Part shown: positions 52,875-64,000 of the stretch, in pieces
How the letters are laid out: every line of letters begins with the position of its first letter
Numbering within the stretch: position 1 is the first letter of the stretch
NCBI GenBank assembly: GCA_029953675.1
Contig: JAMWBK010000005.1
Span: 1,426,001 to 1,490,000, forward strand
Direction of reading: 5' to 3'
From: Rhodosorus marinus CCMP1338
Lineage: Eukaryota > Plantae > Rhodophyta
Length of the DNA stretch: 64,000 nucleotides
Made by a program: the position numbers and the translations under genes
Notes under the pieces: generated by a model
The model's database searches: none
Seen by the model: only the letters and a program-made list of their open reading frames with translations
Told to the model about the DNA's origin: nothing

Positions 52875-53746
52875 TGCAAAACGCGAAGTTGGAATTTTTG
52901 CGGCGCGGAAGAGCGCTTGGCGAAGATTCTTGTAGTGCGCCTTATGTGGTTAGTAGAAATATCATTCGCACGCGTTTTGCCTTGTTTTTTCGACCGATAG
53001 TTTACATTATATTACAGTAGCTCATTGCATGAACTGCAGCCAGCCTCTTTTGGTTTCAATCTCAAAAAGGACTAACGACATCGACGCGTTTTTCCGGGCG
53101 AGGTAGCACAGCGCGCGTCCAAAAGACACGACCCGTGGCTAGCACCAACCAAAATGATGAGCCGTTCAGAGCGTTATTCTTCTAGCATCCCTTAAAGACA
53201 AAGCTTCAAACCGTTTCGCTTAACCACAATGGATTGCGTAGCTGAACACCTTCGCTTCAATGGGTCAAAGCATATATAAAAAACAAAATAATAATATTTC
53301 TCATTAAAATAACTAATCCTCAATGTTTGTACCTTATTAAAAATATATATAATAAATCAAAGAAATAATTATTGCTTTAGGTCTATTAGAAGTATATCCT
53401 CCATATATGTACATTTATTCAATAACTTATAAATGTATTATGTTATAAAATAAAGAATTATTTGATAATCGTAGTTTAGCTTCATTTTATTGGTTCTATA
53501 GATTCCTATGGCAGAAGTGTTTTCTCGTTTGGATGCTATTCTTGAACGGATGGGAAGAGCCAAAAGCTGCGAATAGCTGACGAAAGTGCTTTGGATGGGA
53601 CCAGTTGCTATCTTGGGCTTGTTATGGATGAAGGTGATCGTGCTGAAGGTGAAGAACTGGAGTGAAAAAGCCCTTATAAGCATTTCGTTCAAGTTGCATG
53701 GGAATGAGACCTAAGTATTGTACATAATTGTCCTAAGTTTCGAGCT

Positions 53747-55054
53747 ATGAGGGGCGTGGGAGTTTCACGAGCGCTTTTTCTGGCGCTGGTCCTGACGATC
53801 GGCTCGGCTCTGGAGGAGGAGACCGGGGCATGGATGGGAAGCAGTGAAGAAGTAGTAAATATCGCGTCGGAGAAGATTCGATCCCATGAGGGCAGTGGCA
53901 GTAAGACCTCGGACGCGAAGAAGTTGGCTACAGCCGTTTTGGCGGACCTCGTGACGTTGAACAATACTTTCGAGACTGAGAAGAACAAACTGGAGGAGTC
54001 GGTTCTGGAGCATACAGTTCTGGAATCTACAGTTAATCAGATGAGCTCTGAGGCCAAGCTTAAGCAGAAGACTGCTGAGAAAGAGAAACAAATGTTGGAG
54101 GCTGCGAAGGAACAGAACAAGCTCCTCGAGAAACAAATCAAAGAGTTGACTGATGACCGTGAAGCTCAGGAGAAATCTAAAAAGGAGCTGGAAGAACTCG
54201 TTGAGAAAATCAAACTCAATCTTCACAGAGCGAAGTTGCAGCTCGACACGCTGTCAGATACTCAAGTGGAGAACTGGGTCAGGGCGAAGATCGACTCCTT
54301 CGGGCAGATCCTCGGTTCACCCGAATCGTCATCTGTGCTGACTGATGTATTGGACGGAGTAGAACGGTTTTCTAACGAAGCCTCAGGAAACTTTTACCGA
54401 CTTTCTGAGAACATCGACAAGACAACTAGGTTTCCGGCGATTGGCTTTCTGACGTCATTAATTATTTTCGCTATACCAGTGCTCCTGTTTGGGTATCTGA
54501 TGAATCGGGTCTGGAGGAGGGTCAACATCCGCGGGGTGATCCTGGTGATGGATACGGCGTTGCTGAGCTATTTCGTAACATGCTTGATTCTAGCGCTGAT
54601 GCGGTTTAACGTACAAAATTTGACTCAAGCTAGCCGAAGACAAGTTTTGATGGTGCAACTGCTACTTGCATCGATCACACCCATACTAGCCGTGCTGTCT
54701 TTCGTCTCCGCTGTTTTTGGGGCGTTGAGGAGGGAGAAGCTCTTCTATAGCCTCCATTTCATCAGTCTAGGGCTCGTGGTGGGACTCATTTCGGACCATT
54801 GGAGTTTAGATTCCGTTAGGATCTATGCTCCGTCGTCCTATAGCGTCCTCTGGTACCTTTTTGTCTGCCTAAGTTTTGTGGGAAATATCGCGCTCACATT
54901 GAACGCGCGGAAAATCGCCTCGTCGGAGGTCCTGGCTAGCGACATGCAGGACTTGGTCAACGCAGGCGGCGCCGCATTGGGTCTGTCGACCAGGCAATCT
55001 GCAGGTCTACCTTCACGAAACTTGGTCTACCCGCAGTACCCCAAAAAGTACTAG
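53747..55054 (+). CDS. Intronless membrane protein: signal peptide, long coiled coil, about 5-6 C-terminal TM helices
   Basis: 435-aa ORF; hydrophobic N-terminus, EK-rich heptads and hydrophobic C-terminal segments. No family recognised. Confidence 0.7.
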   Translation: MRGVGVSRALFLALVLTIGSALEEETGAWMGSSEEVVNIASEKIRSHEGSGSKTSDAKKLATAVLADLVTLNNTFETEKNKLEESVLEHTVLESTVNQMSSEAKLKQKTAEKEKQMLEAAKEQNKLLEKQIKELTDDREAQEKSKKELEELVEKIKLNLHRAKLQLDTLSDTQVENWVRAKIDSFGQILGSPESSSVLTDVLDGVERFSNEASGNFYRLSENIDKTTRFPAIGFLTSLIIFAIPVLLFGYLMNRVWRRVNIRGVILVMDTALLSYFVTCLILALMRFNVQNLTQASRRQVLMVQLLLASITPILAVLSFVSAVFGALRREKLFYSLHFISLGLVVGLISDHWSLDSVRIYAPSSYSVLWYLFVCLSFVGNIALTLNARKIASSEVLASDMQDLVNAGGAALGLSTRQSAGLPSRNLVYPQYPKKY

Positions 55055-56501
55055 CCGGTTCGAACACCCAGGCCCTTGAAAAGATGACTGCTAACCAGGA
55101 AGACATGGTTTTGTACAGATGTTTGGATAATAAACAACGGGAACTGAAATGCTGACAAGCGAAAGCTAGCCTTCACACCCTGCATATACACTCAGGTTGC
55201 TGAGTTGGACGAAATCGGAGTTAAGGGTGGGATTTTGAATTGCGATTCATACTTTTCTCTGGTTGAAGAGACCCAGAGCGGCGCAACTCAAATTTCCAGT
55301 CTTGCTTAAGAGCAAACCAATCCAAAACTAGGAGTCGACTCCAGTTGTTCCTTGTTCCTTGAGCAACGTTAAAGATCAGCGTCATAAGCTTGTCGATGAC
55401 CATTATCATCATAGCTTTTAGCCCGATCGCTCAAAGGTCAAAAGGTGGGTTGAAAGACATCACCTCAAACGGCGTTTTCCATTCCAAGAACTCCTGGGAA
55501 CTATTTCTTGGAATGCTTTAAAGCGATGTCTTACAACTCAACACAGCGGAACTCGATGAGGGCATTCTGACCCAAAGCCACGTTGTTAAGGGTGATCGAC
55601 AAGCACGACAAGGCTGGACATAAGGTTGGCGCAAGGAGCAATCAAAGGTGAATTTTTCCACGCGGGACAAGAAAACGGGAAGGGGACCACGCGACCGCGG
55701 CGAGAAAATGTAGATATCACGTACCAAAACTTCAAAAAAGGTTAAGCTAATCTAGCTGCCAAAAGTCCTATACAAACGAAGCCGTGTACTACCACTCACA
55801 ATCGTCGTCCAACCCTAAACCCAAAACGAGCCCCATTAAAAAAGCTCCAAAAAGTCTTAAAATTCTTAACTTATAAACCAATGAAGTGTCCGTATAAGGA
55901 TATATTCATTGAATATCTATCAATATCTATCAATATATCCATTCTATCCAATAAAATATTGACTAGTAACAAGTCAATCATTTTAACGTGAGATGTTTTT
56001 TTATTGTTTTTGGAAGGGTAAAAAAATGGACCGTGAAAAAATCTGCGAATGCTGTTTTGTCGCTTTTTCTGCCGATGAAGAAGTGGACTTCTTGGAGAAA
56101 GAGGTGATGATGGTGGGGGTGGCTTCAAGAGACGATTTGGAGTAACCGGAAACCAATTTTAAGGGTCTTTTGGGGGGTTTGATTTTGTTCATTTATAGAC
56201 TCTTGATCGTTCAGAGGTTGGTTTGTTTGTGGCTTTGTTTTGTTGACTGTCTTGCGGCCGGGGGAAGGGCGGGGTTTGGTGGTTTCTGGTGGTTCGTTGT
56301 TTGTTTTGCCCTTCTTGTGTCGAAGGGTGAGTTGGATTTCCCGTTTGCTTGTTTTCTTTTTTTTTGGCGGTTTTGAAAGTGGATCGAGAGTTTGGACTGA
56401 TCTTCGACTTTTCTTTTGCTTTTGTTTTAAATTGGTTGGCATGTTGGTAGGTTCTGTTGTTTTTTTTGGTGTGCGTACGGTGATTACATGGTGGGATAAG
56501 A

Positions 56502-58409
56502 ATGGACCAAAAGCTGGTTTACTCTGTCTTGGAGTTTCTTGAGAATGGAGCGAGGAGCGGAGAAAACATTGAGGTAGCCTCGCAGTGCCTAGCGGATGCT
56601 TACCAGCTGGATCTCAAGAATGAAGAGCAGCGGGCACAACTTTCAGTACAGCCGCATTCCCTCCTGGAGGTAAGGTCTTGAGATCCCGCATTTGTCGGTC
56701 ATTGGATTCAGCAGTTGATTTTAAGCGGGCTCTGCGCGTGCTAGGTATTCGAAGCGGGACTAGCATCCCTAGCGGCTGGCAACAAAGCGGAGCAGCCCAC
56801 TGCGCCCAAGAGCACTTCCACCAATGAAGCTTATGACGCTGCGTTCTCGAAGTTCTTGTCCTCTTTGAAGAAAACGAAGTTCTTTGATGGAGTAGTCGAG
56901 GGTAAGCACATCGCTTGGACCTCAGTTATTACATCGATTCCTGTATGCTGTCTGATTAACGACATCCCGCCATTGCCACTGTTCTGCCACTGTTCTCAGG
57001 CTCTACCGAATTTGACAATCGGGTGAACAAGGCCAAAGCCAAATTCGATGAAAAATTCGCCAAAGTAAAGGATTCTCAGACGAAGACGCCTCCGACCACG
57101 GCCAAGGCCGCCCCGGCCGCTGCGACAGCTCCGAGCTCAACTCCTGAAGCAGTCGAGCCAACACCAGTTGAAAACGACGCTGCTGCAGCTTCGGAAGCAA
57201 CGAACGATTCCAGCAAACAGTTCGCGGAGGATGGAGTGTACGAATACCGCTCCCAAAAAGCTCTGAACAGCAGCTCTTGTACTGAGACGGAAAACCTTGA
57301 TTCTCACGTCCAGGGACGTCGAAGCAGCAGAGGTCTTGAAGAACGAGGGCAATGCTGCAATAAAGGAGCAAAACTTCGAACTGGCGTTGGAGAAGTATGA
57401 CAAAGCTATCGAGATCTACGACACAAACGCGGTTTACTGGTGCAATCGAGCCGCCGCCAAAATTTACCTTGGCAAGTATATGTCCGCCGCCGATGACTGC
57501 AATATGGCGATTGCGCTGGACCCGAAGTATGTGCGAGCAAGGGAACGTCTCGCGAGTGTGTACAGGCACCTCGAGATGCCTGAGGAGCAAGAGAAGGTGC
57601 TTCGAGGTGAGCAAGAAAGTTTCTGCATTTCATGCTGCTCGAAATCCGTGCTCTACTTTGCTTGGTTGTTCCCCATGTACTGAAAGTTTAAGCGCGTGAA
57701 TTCTGCAGAGGCTCTTGCTATCGATCCTATGAACGAGCGCTTGAAGGCCGAAATCGACGAGCTCACTCGAGCAGCAAGTGCACCGAGATCAGCCGCCCCT
57801 GGCGGAATGCCCGGAATGCCCGGTGGAATGCCCGGTGGAATGCCCGGTGGAATGCCCAGTGGAATGCCCGGTGGAATGCCCGGTGGAATGCCCGGTGGAA
57901 TGCCACCCGGCATGCCTCCAGGTGGACCCGACCTCAGCGCCCTGCTTAACAATCCACAGATTGCGCAAATGGCAAATCAGTTCATGCAAAGTGGTGGACT
58001 GCAGCAAATGATGAATAATCCAGAGATGATGCAACAGGCGATGAATATGTTTGGCGGAGGCGGTCCAGGTGGACCACCAGGTGCTCCAGGCGAGGGTGGA
58101 ACCTCAGGTGAACTGAGAACCATTGAATGGTTCATCGGTCCGGCACTTTGCCTATGCTGACCGCAGCCATCCTATCGACGAACAGGTGCACCGGATGCTC
58201 TTCGTGATTTACAGGAAGGCAGGGTTCCGGAGGGAGTACAGGATGCACTCGAGAACAATCCTCAGCTCGCCGGCTTGGCGGAAGAAATTCGACAAGACCC
58301 GAGCGCAGCAATTTCTCGCGCTATGAACGATCCGGAGCTCATGAGCACCATCATGAGCACCGCCGGTAGTTTGTTCGGAGCTCCACCACAGGAGCCACCA
58401 CCGAGCTAA
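56502..58409 (+). CDS. SGT: Small glutamine-rich TPR co-chaperone (SGT/Sgt2) with GGMP repeats and STI1-like C-terminus
   Basis: N-terminal dimerisation motif LVYSVLEFL...[15 protein letters not shown]: [10 protein letters not shown]...YWCNRAAA...[10 protein letters not shown]-terminal [11 protein letters not shown]...[12 protein letters not shown]. Confidence 0.88.
57819..57902 (+). repeat. Coding tandem repeat, 7 x 12 bp (cccggtggaatg = PGGM)
   Basis: Seven consecutive units, one carrying a g>a change. Confidence 0.95.
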
Positions 58410-60098
58410 GGCATGTTTCCGACTTCCTTCCGCTGTAATTAAAGATATCGAGATTCTAGCGTTGGCTTTTCGCCAGAGCAGACCCTACTGCAGGCGAGAA
58501 GACTACCTCTGGGAATGTATCTTGTGAGATGCTGGGAAGATTTGCTGCCACAGGTCCTGTTGCTCCCTTCTTGGAACGCGCAGTGGTAGATGGAGAGAGC
58601 AACTCATCGGGTTGCGAGGTGAATTTTAGGTATCGGTCGGAGCCGTTTGAACTCTGTTCCGTCAGGGTTTCATCCCCAGTAAATGAAGGGTTCAGATAAG
58701 GTTCTCGACCAATTCTCTGCGCGTCCTTGTTTATACAAACTTCTGCTCATGGATGCAAAGTGGATGTCCGGCTGTAGAACTAGAATCCATTTCCAGTCTG
58801 TCAAAAAAGCCTCTATATCATTCGAATACCAAAGCAGTCGATTTTCAGGTTTCCAGAATCATAACATCAAATTAATAGGAATATCAGAAGCAATTCTCCA
58901 ATTATATCGATACTGTTATTTTTGTAACCAATGAAATTACTCCCACTCGTCCTCATCCAATTACCAAGCATGTTGTTGATAAAATCATCAAAAACGGCAA
59001 ACATGAAATCATGAATTACGAAGCAAATTAGCTTTTTTTAATTTGCTTCGTGGAAGGGGACATCGACCGTGTTCAAATGAGAGGTGGTCTGTTTATGGCC
59101 GCCTTTCTCCGAGCAACGAGGAAAGCCTACTCCTGCATCAACTCGCCAACTCCGATCGGGTGTTCCTCAACGCTGCGTAGACGTAGCCGAGGCTGCACAG
59201 AGAATATGTGAAGATCTGATCCCAACAACGAAAAGACCTAACCCAGCCACCGGGAAGTTGTTTTGGTTTCAGACCATCCCGGTCTGTGTCAAAGAGCATA
59301 GAAAGGGGAGTCCAAAGTGTGCGACTGCTGACTTATTCGTAAACACTAATAACTAGAAGCTGCTTGCACTCCCATATGCCCTTTGCTAAGAAGTGCAGCC
59401 CCGAGAATCTGGCATTCCAGAGGAGGCTTTGAAGTAACTCTCCTTTTTTCAGAGGACGATGTAGTTGAAATACCCAAACCCGAAACTGGTGGGGATGGTG
59501 CAAAAGCGACCGGAGTAGATAGAAAATTGAATCCACAGAGGAATCATCTAGGAGTTTAAAGATTAGTTTGATGTGAAGAGACTCTCAGATCGTTTTTGCA
59601 AGAACGTGAGTTGAAGAAGCTTGTTGATAGTCAGGGAGTGAGGAAAGTTAAGTGGGAAGGAGGTTCTCCTCTGCCGTGTGGGGATCTGTTTTTTTTTGAC
59701 TTTCTAAGCGACTTGAGAGTTTTCTGGTTTTCTTGGGGGGAGGTTTGAAAGGGAGTGAGTTGAGTGGGTTGGGGTGGGGGAAGGTTGGAGTTAGAAGCCA
59801 TCTTACTTGTTCACGCAGTTGTAGTTGAGTTTTTATCGGCTCTGGTGTGATTTTTCGAGGGGGCGGAGTAGGTTTGCATTGGGAAGGTGAATGATTTGGG
59901 GGCTTTGTTGGAGTCGGGGAAGACGTAAAGGAGAGGGAAGGAGTGGCGTAGGGTTGGGGAGGCGACCATGGCGGGAGTTTGTTGAGAGTATTTTGAGTGG
60001 CTTGGTTGGAAGGACTTTGGTTGGAACGACTTGTACGGGGTGAGATTGGTGTGGTTTTTTGGCCGGGGGGCGCCGGTGGGGGTAGCTCTGGTTTTGTA

Positions 60099-62199
60099 AT
60101 GCTCTTTGGATCCCTTTCGGTTGAGGAATGGCAACAACTTCTCGTGGAAGGAGGAAGAGGACCTGACCTGAGTGTAAGTTGGCTAGGTCTACCGATCTAC
60201 AGAATTAGAGTATTGGAGCCTTTTATGAAAGTACTGAAGCGAACTTGGTGATCGTTAACTGAGAATTCGCAGGCCTCGCAAGAGGAGCAGCACTTGCCGG
60301 AGGAAGAGAAGGTGCGAGAAGCTGTGCAAGCTTTTGGTACCCGCCGTTCTGCTCAAGCATATACTGCGGGAAACCCGCAGTTTGGCCAAGTAACTTCTCA
60401 CATCAAGGCAAACGGGTTCACCGGTTTCCATGCCCAAGGGGAGGGCATCAATGGATTGCAACTGCCTCAGAAGTTCCAGAGAAGCGCAGGAAGACAATCG
60501 GGAACGAGTGCTCCTCAAGTAAGAGAGTTGCTTCGCGACCTTTTCGGCATCCGCGTTTCACCTTCTAAAATACGTCAATTTCTTCCGCGCGAAAGGTACC
60601 AACAACAGATGGGCAAGAGCCAAAGAGCATGGATGTTTCAATGGAAACGTCGTCAACGACAATGTCAAGCAAGCGGAGCTGGGCTGTTGTTGCTTCGTCC
60701 GGTTTACCCAAGGTAAAGCCCGAGGATCTAACAGTAGTGAACGGGCAGGAGATCAAGGGAAGGACGAAAATCCTTGCGAGTAGTTCAGCAAATTACAGGT
60801 CCGCGAAGGAGCCCGTGAAATATTCGTTCTCTCTTGAAGATCACGTTTTCAGTTTGTTTGGAGTTCAGCTAGTTACGACGGTGGACAAGAGGATTCCGAG
60901 AGGGCTAGTCAATGGAGGGAACCGATGCTTTGTCAACGTGGTGATACAGTCACTTCTTTCTTGCTTGCCTTTTCGCCAGCTCCTTGTTACCCTCGAATGC
61001 GTGCCCCCGGACGAGAAAACGCCGCTTCTGGAGAGTTTTGTATACCTCTCAGCTGAATTGTTCAAGGATGAGGGTGACTTTAAGAGGGGTTTGGAACCAG
61101 TGAGACCGGACTTCTTCTTCGCGAGGGCACCGAATCCCAGTCAAGGTAGGTCCAGGCAGTAACGAAGCGTGAGAGACAGTGCACTCATGCCCATGACTAC
61201 TTTTACAGGCCGCGGCTCGCGTGAGGATTCCTTCCTAGCTCTAATGACTGGTGACAGCCAGGAGGACGCTCAAGAGTTTCTGGTACACGCGCTTGATCAG
61301 CTACACGAGGAGACTTTACCAGGGAGCGTTGTCAAATCCACCACCGTCGATGATGACGGTGGTGGGTGGCATGAGGTCGGCCTACGTGGACGTAACGTTG
61401 TTGTACAGAGGAATGAATTTGTTCCATCCTGCATCTCGTCTATATTCGGGGGACTGCAAAGGAGTGAACTTCGACGATATCAGCAGAAACCTTCTGTAAC
61501 TAGAGAAGTAAGAGGCCCAAAAAACGGCCGCGAGCTTCAACTCCGTCCAGGTTTTGACAGTGGTCCTTCGTTTTGACTAGCCCTTCATGTGCCTTCAGCT
61601 AGACATAGAAAATTCGCACGTGCTGAGACTTGAAGACGCGTTAACGCTTTACTTTGAACCTGAATCATTAGAGGACTACACCCTCGAGTCCTCCAAGGAA
61701 ACTGTAGAAGCAAAGAAGCATTATACATTGGATAGACTTCCGAGAGTGCTCATTCTGAACTTGAAGCGGTTCTCGTACAACCCGGAAGCCCGTCAAGGAA
61801 CGAAGATTATGAAGCGGATTGACTATCCCGAGGAACTAGACATCCAACTGAGCTTTTTGTCTTCGAATTTTGTTGCTCCAACACCTGAGCAGAGGAAATA
61901 CAAGCTGACTTCGGTAAGAGCCTACAACCATTTCTGTAGCCCCCGCTTGGTACACTGGTGAACACGATGATTAAGAAAAAGGCATCTCTTGTGGACAGGT
62001 TGTTACACATATTGGTAAGGATATGGTTGGAGGGCATTACACATGTGACGTGAAAATAGGAAACGAACAGGGCGAGAGAATAGCTGGTAGCGAGTGGCTG
62101 CACTGCGATGACAGCACAATTTCTCCGGTCAATAGGAATGCTGTGTTCAATAGCCAGGCGTACTTGCTCTTCTATACAATTGCCGCTGACGCTAGATGA
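60099..62199 (+). CDS. Ubiquitin-specific protease, USP10/UBP3/UBP24-like; multi-exon
   Basis: Cys box GLVNGGNRCFVNVVIQSL, QEDAQEF, LPRVLILNLKRF, His box HIG...GGHYT, WLHCDDS, AYLLFY. N-terminal MLFGSLS. Confidence 0.85.
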
Positions 62200-63293
62200 G
62201 ATGAAAGCAGACCCTGACCTCCCGCTCGAACGATCCCTACCAAGCTGACCTCGTCTAATTTCCGACTATATATATCTGAGGGCTATTGCCGAGTCAAGTC
62301 CCTTCCATGGGACAAGTTCGCGAAATGCAGTAATGTTGCCATGATGATCGATTAATATGTAAAAGAGATGTCCTCCGGTACTGCTCCTTATCCTGAGGTT
62401 GGGCTACTGCCCTAGACTTCCCGATGGCGTTCTACCGCTTCTCCTGCCTCTCCCCCTGTACCAAAGCGCTTATCCCCGTGGACTGGTAGGTTGATGGGCG
62501 CGTTCGAGCAGATGACGAGGCGTGAATCCAACATCTTCATTCGAAGACGACGACCGTTGTGCTTCGCTGTTCAAAAATTTCGTCGCCTACTAGTTTCAAT
62601 CGTCCATACCGTTCTTAAGGATCATCGGAGGCGGACTCAAGCGGGGAGAAGCCAAAGAAGAGAGCGAACTCTCGCGCTTTCCGGGCCACGTTGAGGAAGC
62701 ATCCGAACGGAACTCCCAAGTTGACCCAGCAGGAGAAACTCACCGCTAGAAAAGCAGCCATGAGGCCCCTGCTCCAGCCTGTCTGAGGGTGCCGGTTTGT
62801 AATTTCTGAGCTTCACACCGAACGCCCTGGAAGATGATGAGATGATGACGGCCAGATCGTCGGATTGATGCAGCTTCAAATCTTTTCGTTTGCATGAAAA
62901 GCAGTCATCCACGCGACCCTTCCTCCAGCATCAACGCTCTCACATGAGTCGAGGAGAACCTCAGAACTTCAGCTTCCATCGTGAACGTTCGGGTTTTTGT
63001 AGATTTATTAGAGTAGAAGTCTTCATGTCTTCCTCCTCCGCTCTGGGCTTCATACGCTGAAACGTTTAGGAAGATGAGGATCGACGTGTTGGGTTGATAG
63101 ACTGAACGTAGAAGAAGAGGGGCCCTCATACGATCGGATGCTTTTTAACTCCGGTTTTGTTTCTTGCTCATTGGTTATTGATCTATGAGTTCGTTGTTTT
63201 GAAGAAGCAGCTCGTTTTCGAAGTTTGAGGATTTTTTTTTTGTTTCGAGAATGCGGATGTGGATGTCAAGATCCGTTTTGAGCTTCTGAAAGA

Positions 63294-64000
63294 ATGGCTA
63301 TAAAGAGATTGCGGAGAGCTCGGAGGCCTTCGGATGGTGTCCGTGGGATGTTTGTTGAAGGACGGGCGACTGCAAATGGGTTTGATGGGCGCGTGAGTTA
63401 TCGACTGAAACTTGTGCTTGTCTTTACCATCTTCTCGGCGGCTGTTTTCTTGCTTTTGGGAGACTTCGGCACGGTCGGTCGACAGAACTCGGCCGCTAAT
63501 ATCTTTGGGGATCTACCTTCGAATCATCCAGAAGAGTCGCTTTTGCTTGAGAGGCATCGGACAGCAGGTAGCGAGCCTCACGGCGTGGTAACGATTAGCT
63601 TGAAACCGATTTGTTTCTTGAAAAAGTTGTCCATCCATTCTGACTGTGAATTGTTACCTCGCAGGCGCAGGAGGACCGGCCAGTGGACCCTGTCCCAAAT
63701 GGCGACAAAGTCAATCAACATAAAACCAGTTCCGAATCGGAGGTGAAACCTCCTTCTGATCTGGGTCAAAGAATACCTAACACTGAAGCGGCAGGAAATA
63801 ACACTGGTTCTAACGCCGGGGAAGGTGTAAACGCATCTATTTCACTCGCGAACGAGCCGGCTCAAGACGAGCACACGGAAGGCAACTCAACCGGTTCATC
63901 CGGGCAGGACTTGGATACGTCAATAGATGACTTGGAATACAAATACGTGACAGAGCAAGAGTACGTCTGGGCTCCAGCTGAGGGAGGTTTGTCAGGCGAC
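63294..64000 (+). CDS. Type II membrane protein, truncated by the window end; possibly a glycosyltransferase
   Basis: Basic cytosolic tail, a single TM (LVLVFTIFSAAVFLLLG), a low-complexity stem, then YVWAPAEGGLSG at the edge. Confidence 0.5.

Noticed and set aside
53154-53245. Box C (ATGATGA) ... box D (CTGA) spaced like a C/D snoRNA
   Set aside because: No terminal stem, no clear C'/D' boxes and no rRNA complementarity that I can recognise. A snoscan run against the organism's rRNA would be needed to revive it.
57778-58034. ORFs with CPVE or STGH repeats, resembling a metal-binding peptide
   Set aside because: These are alternative frames and the opposite strand of the 12-bp GGMP repeat in SGT.
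58680-59540. Trp-rich minus-strand open segments (e.g. WKPENRLLWYSND...) suggesting a decayed mobile element
   Set aside because: No RT, integrase or transposase motifs and no terminal repeats. The fragments are short and lack starts.
62491-63129. Minus-strand ORFs downstream of USP10
   Set aside because: Could be a small spliced gene, but the phases did not join convincingly and no family was recognised.

Overview
Compact, intron-rich eukaryotic nuclear DNA, not prokaryotic. There are about 25-30 genes, with short GT-AG introns mostly 40-110 nt long. Several organelle-targeted proteins start with a Phe-motif transit peptide (MAFV, MTSFV, MQGFV, MVAFL), which points to a red alga or a close relative (inference). 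Recognisable genes are plastid RPE, ELF1, an LMW-PTP-like protein, a METTL21-type methyltransferase, WDR55, a PX-BAR sorting nexin, RUVBL2, NAA30, SF3A1, DDB1, a GORAB-like protein, ELG1/ATAD5, CNNM, ETFDH, an MFSD8-like transporter, DHRS4, PTRHD1, a class II CPD photolyase, SGT and USP10/UBP24. The most notable observations are five. (1) A ~720-bp fold-back palindrome in the largest gene-free interval, whose core stem is kept paired by G-U wobble on one strand. (2) An intronless WD40-RING-pseudokinase fusion. (3) A plastid-targeted LMW-PTP lacking two catalytic residues. (4) A run of in-frame, stop-free introns in DDB1. (5) Several small perfect palindromes and duplicated intron ends. No tRNA, rRNA, CRISPR array or transposase was recognised. 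Gene coordinates span introns. Splice sites were inferred by eye and some ends are approximate.
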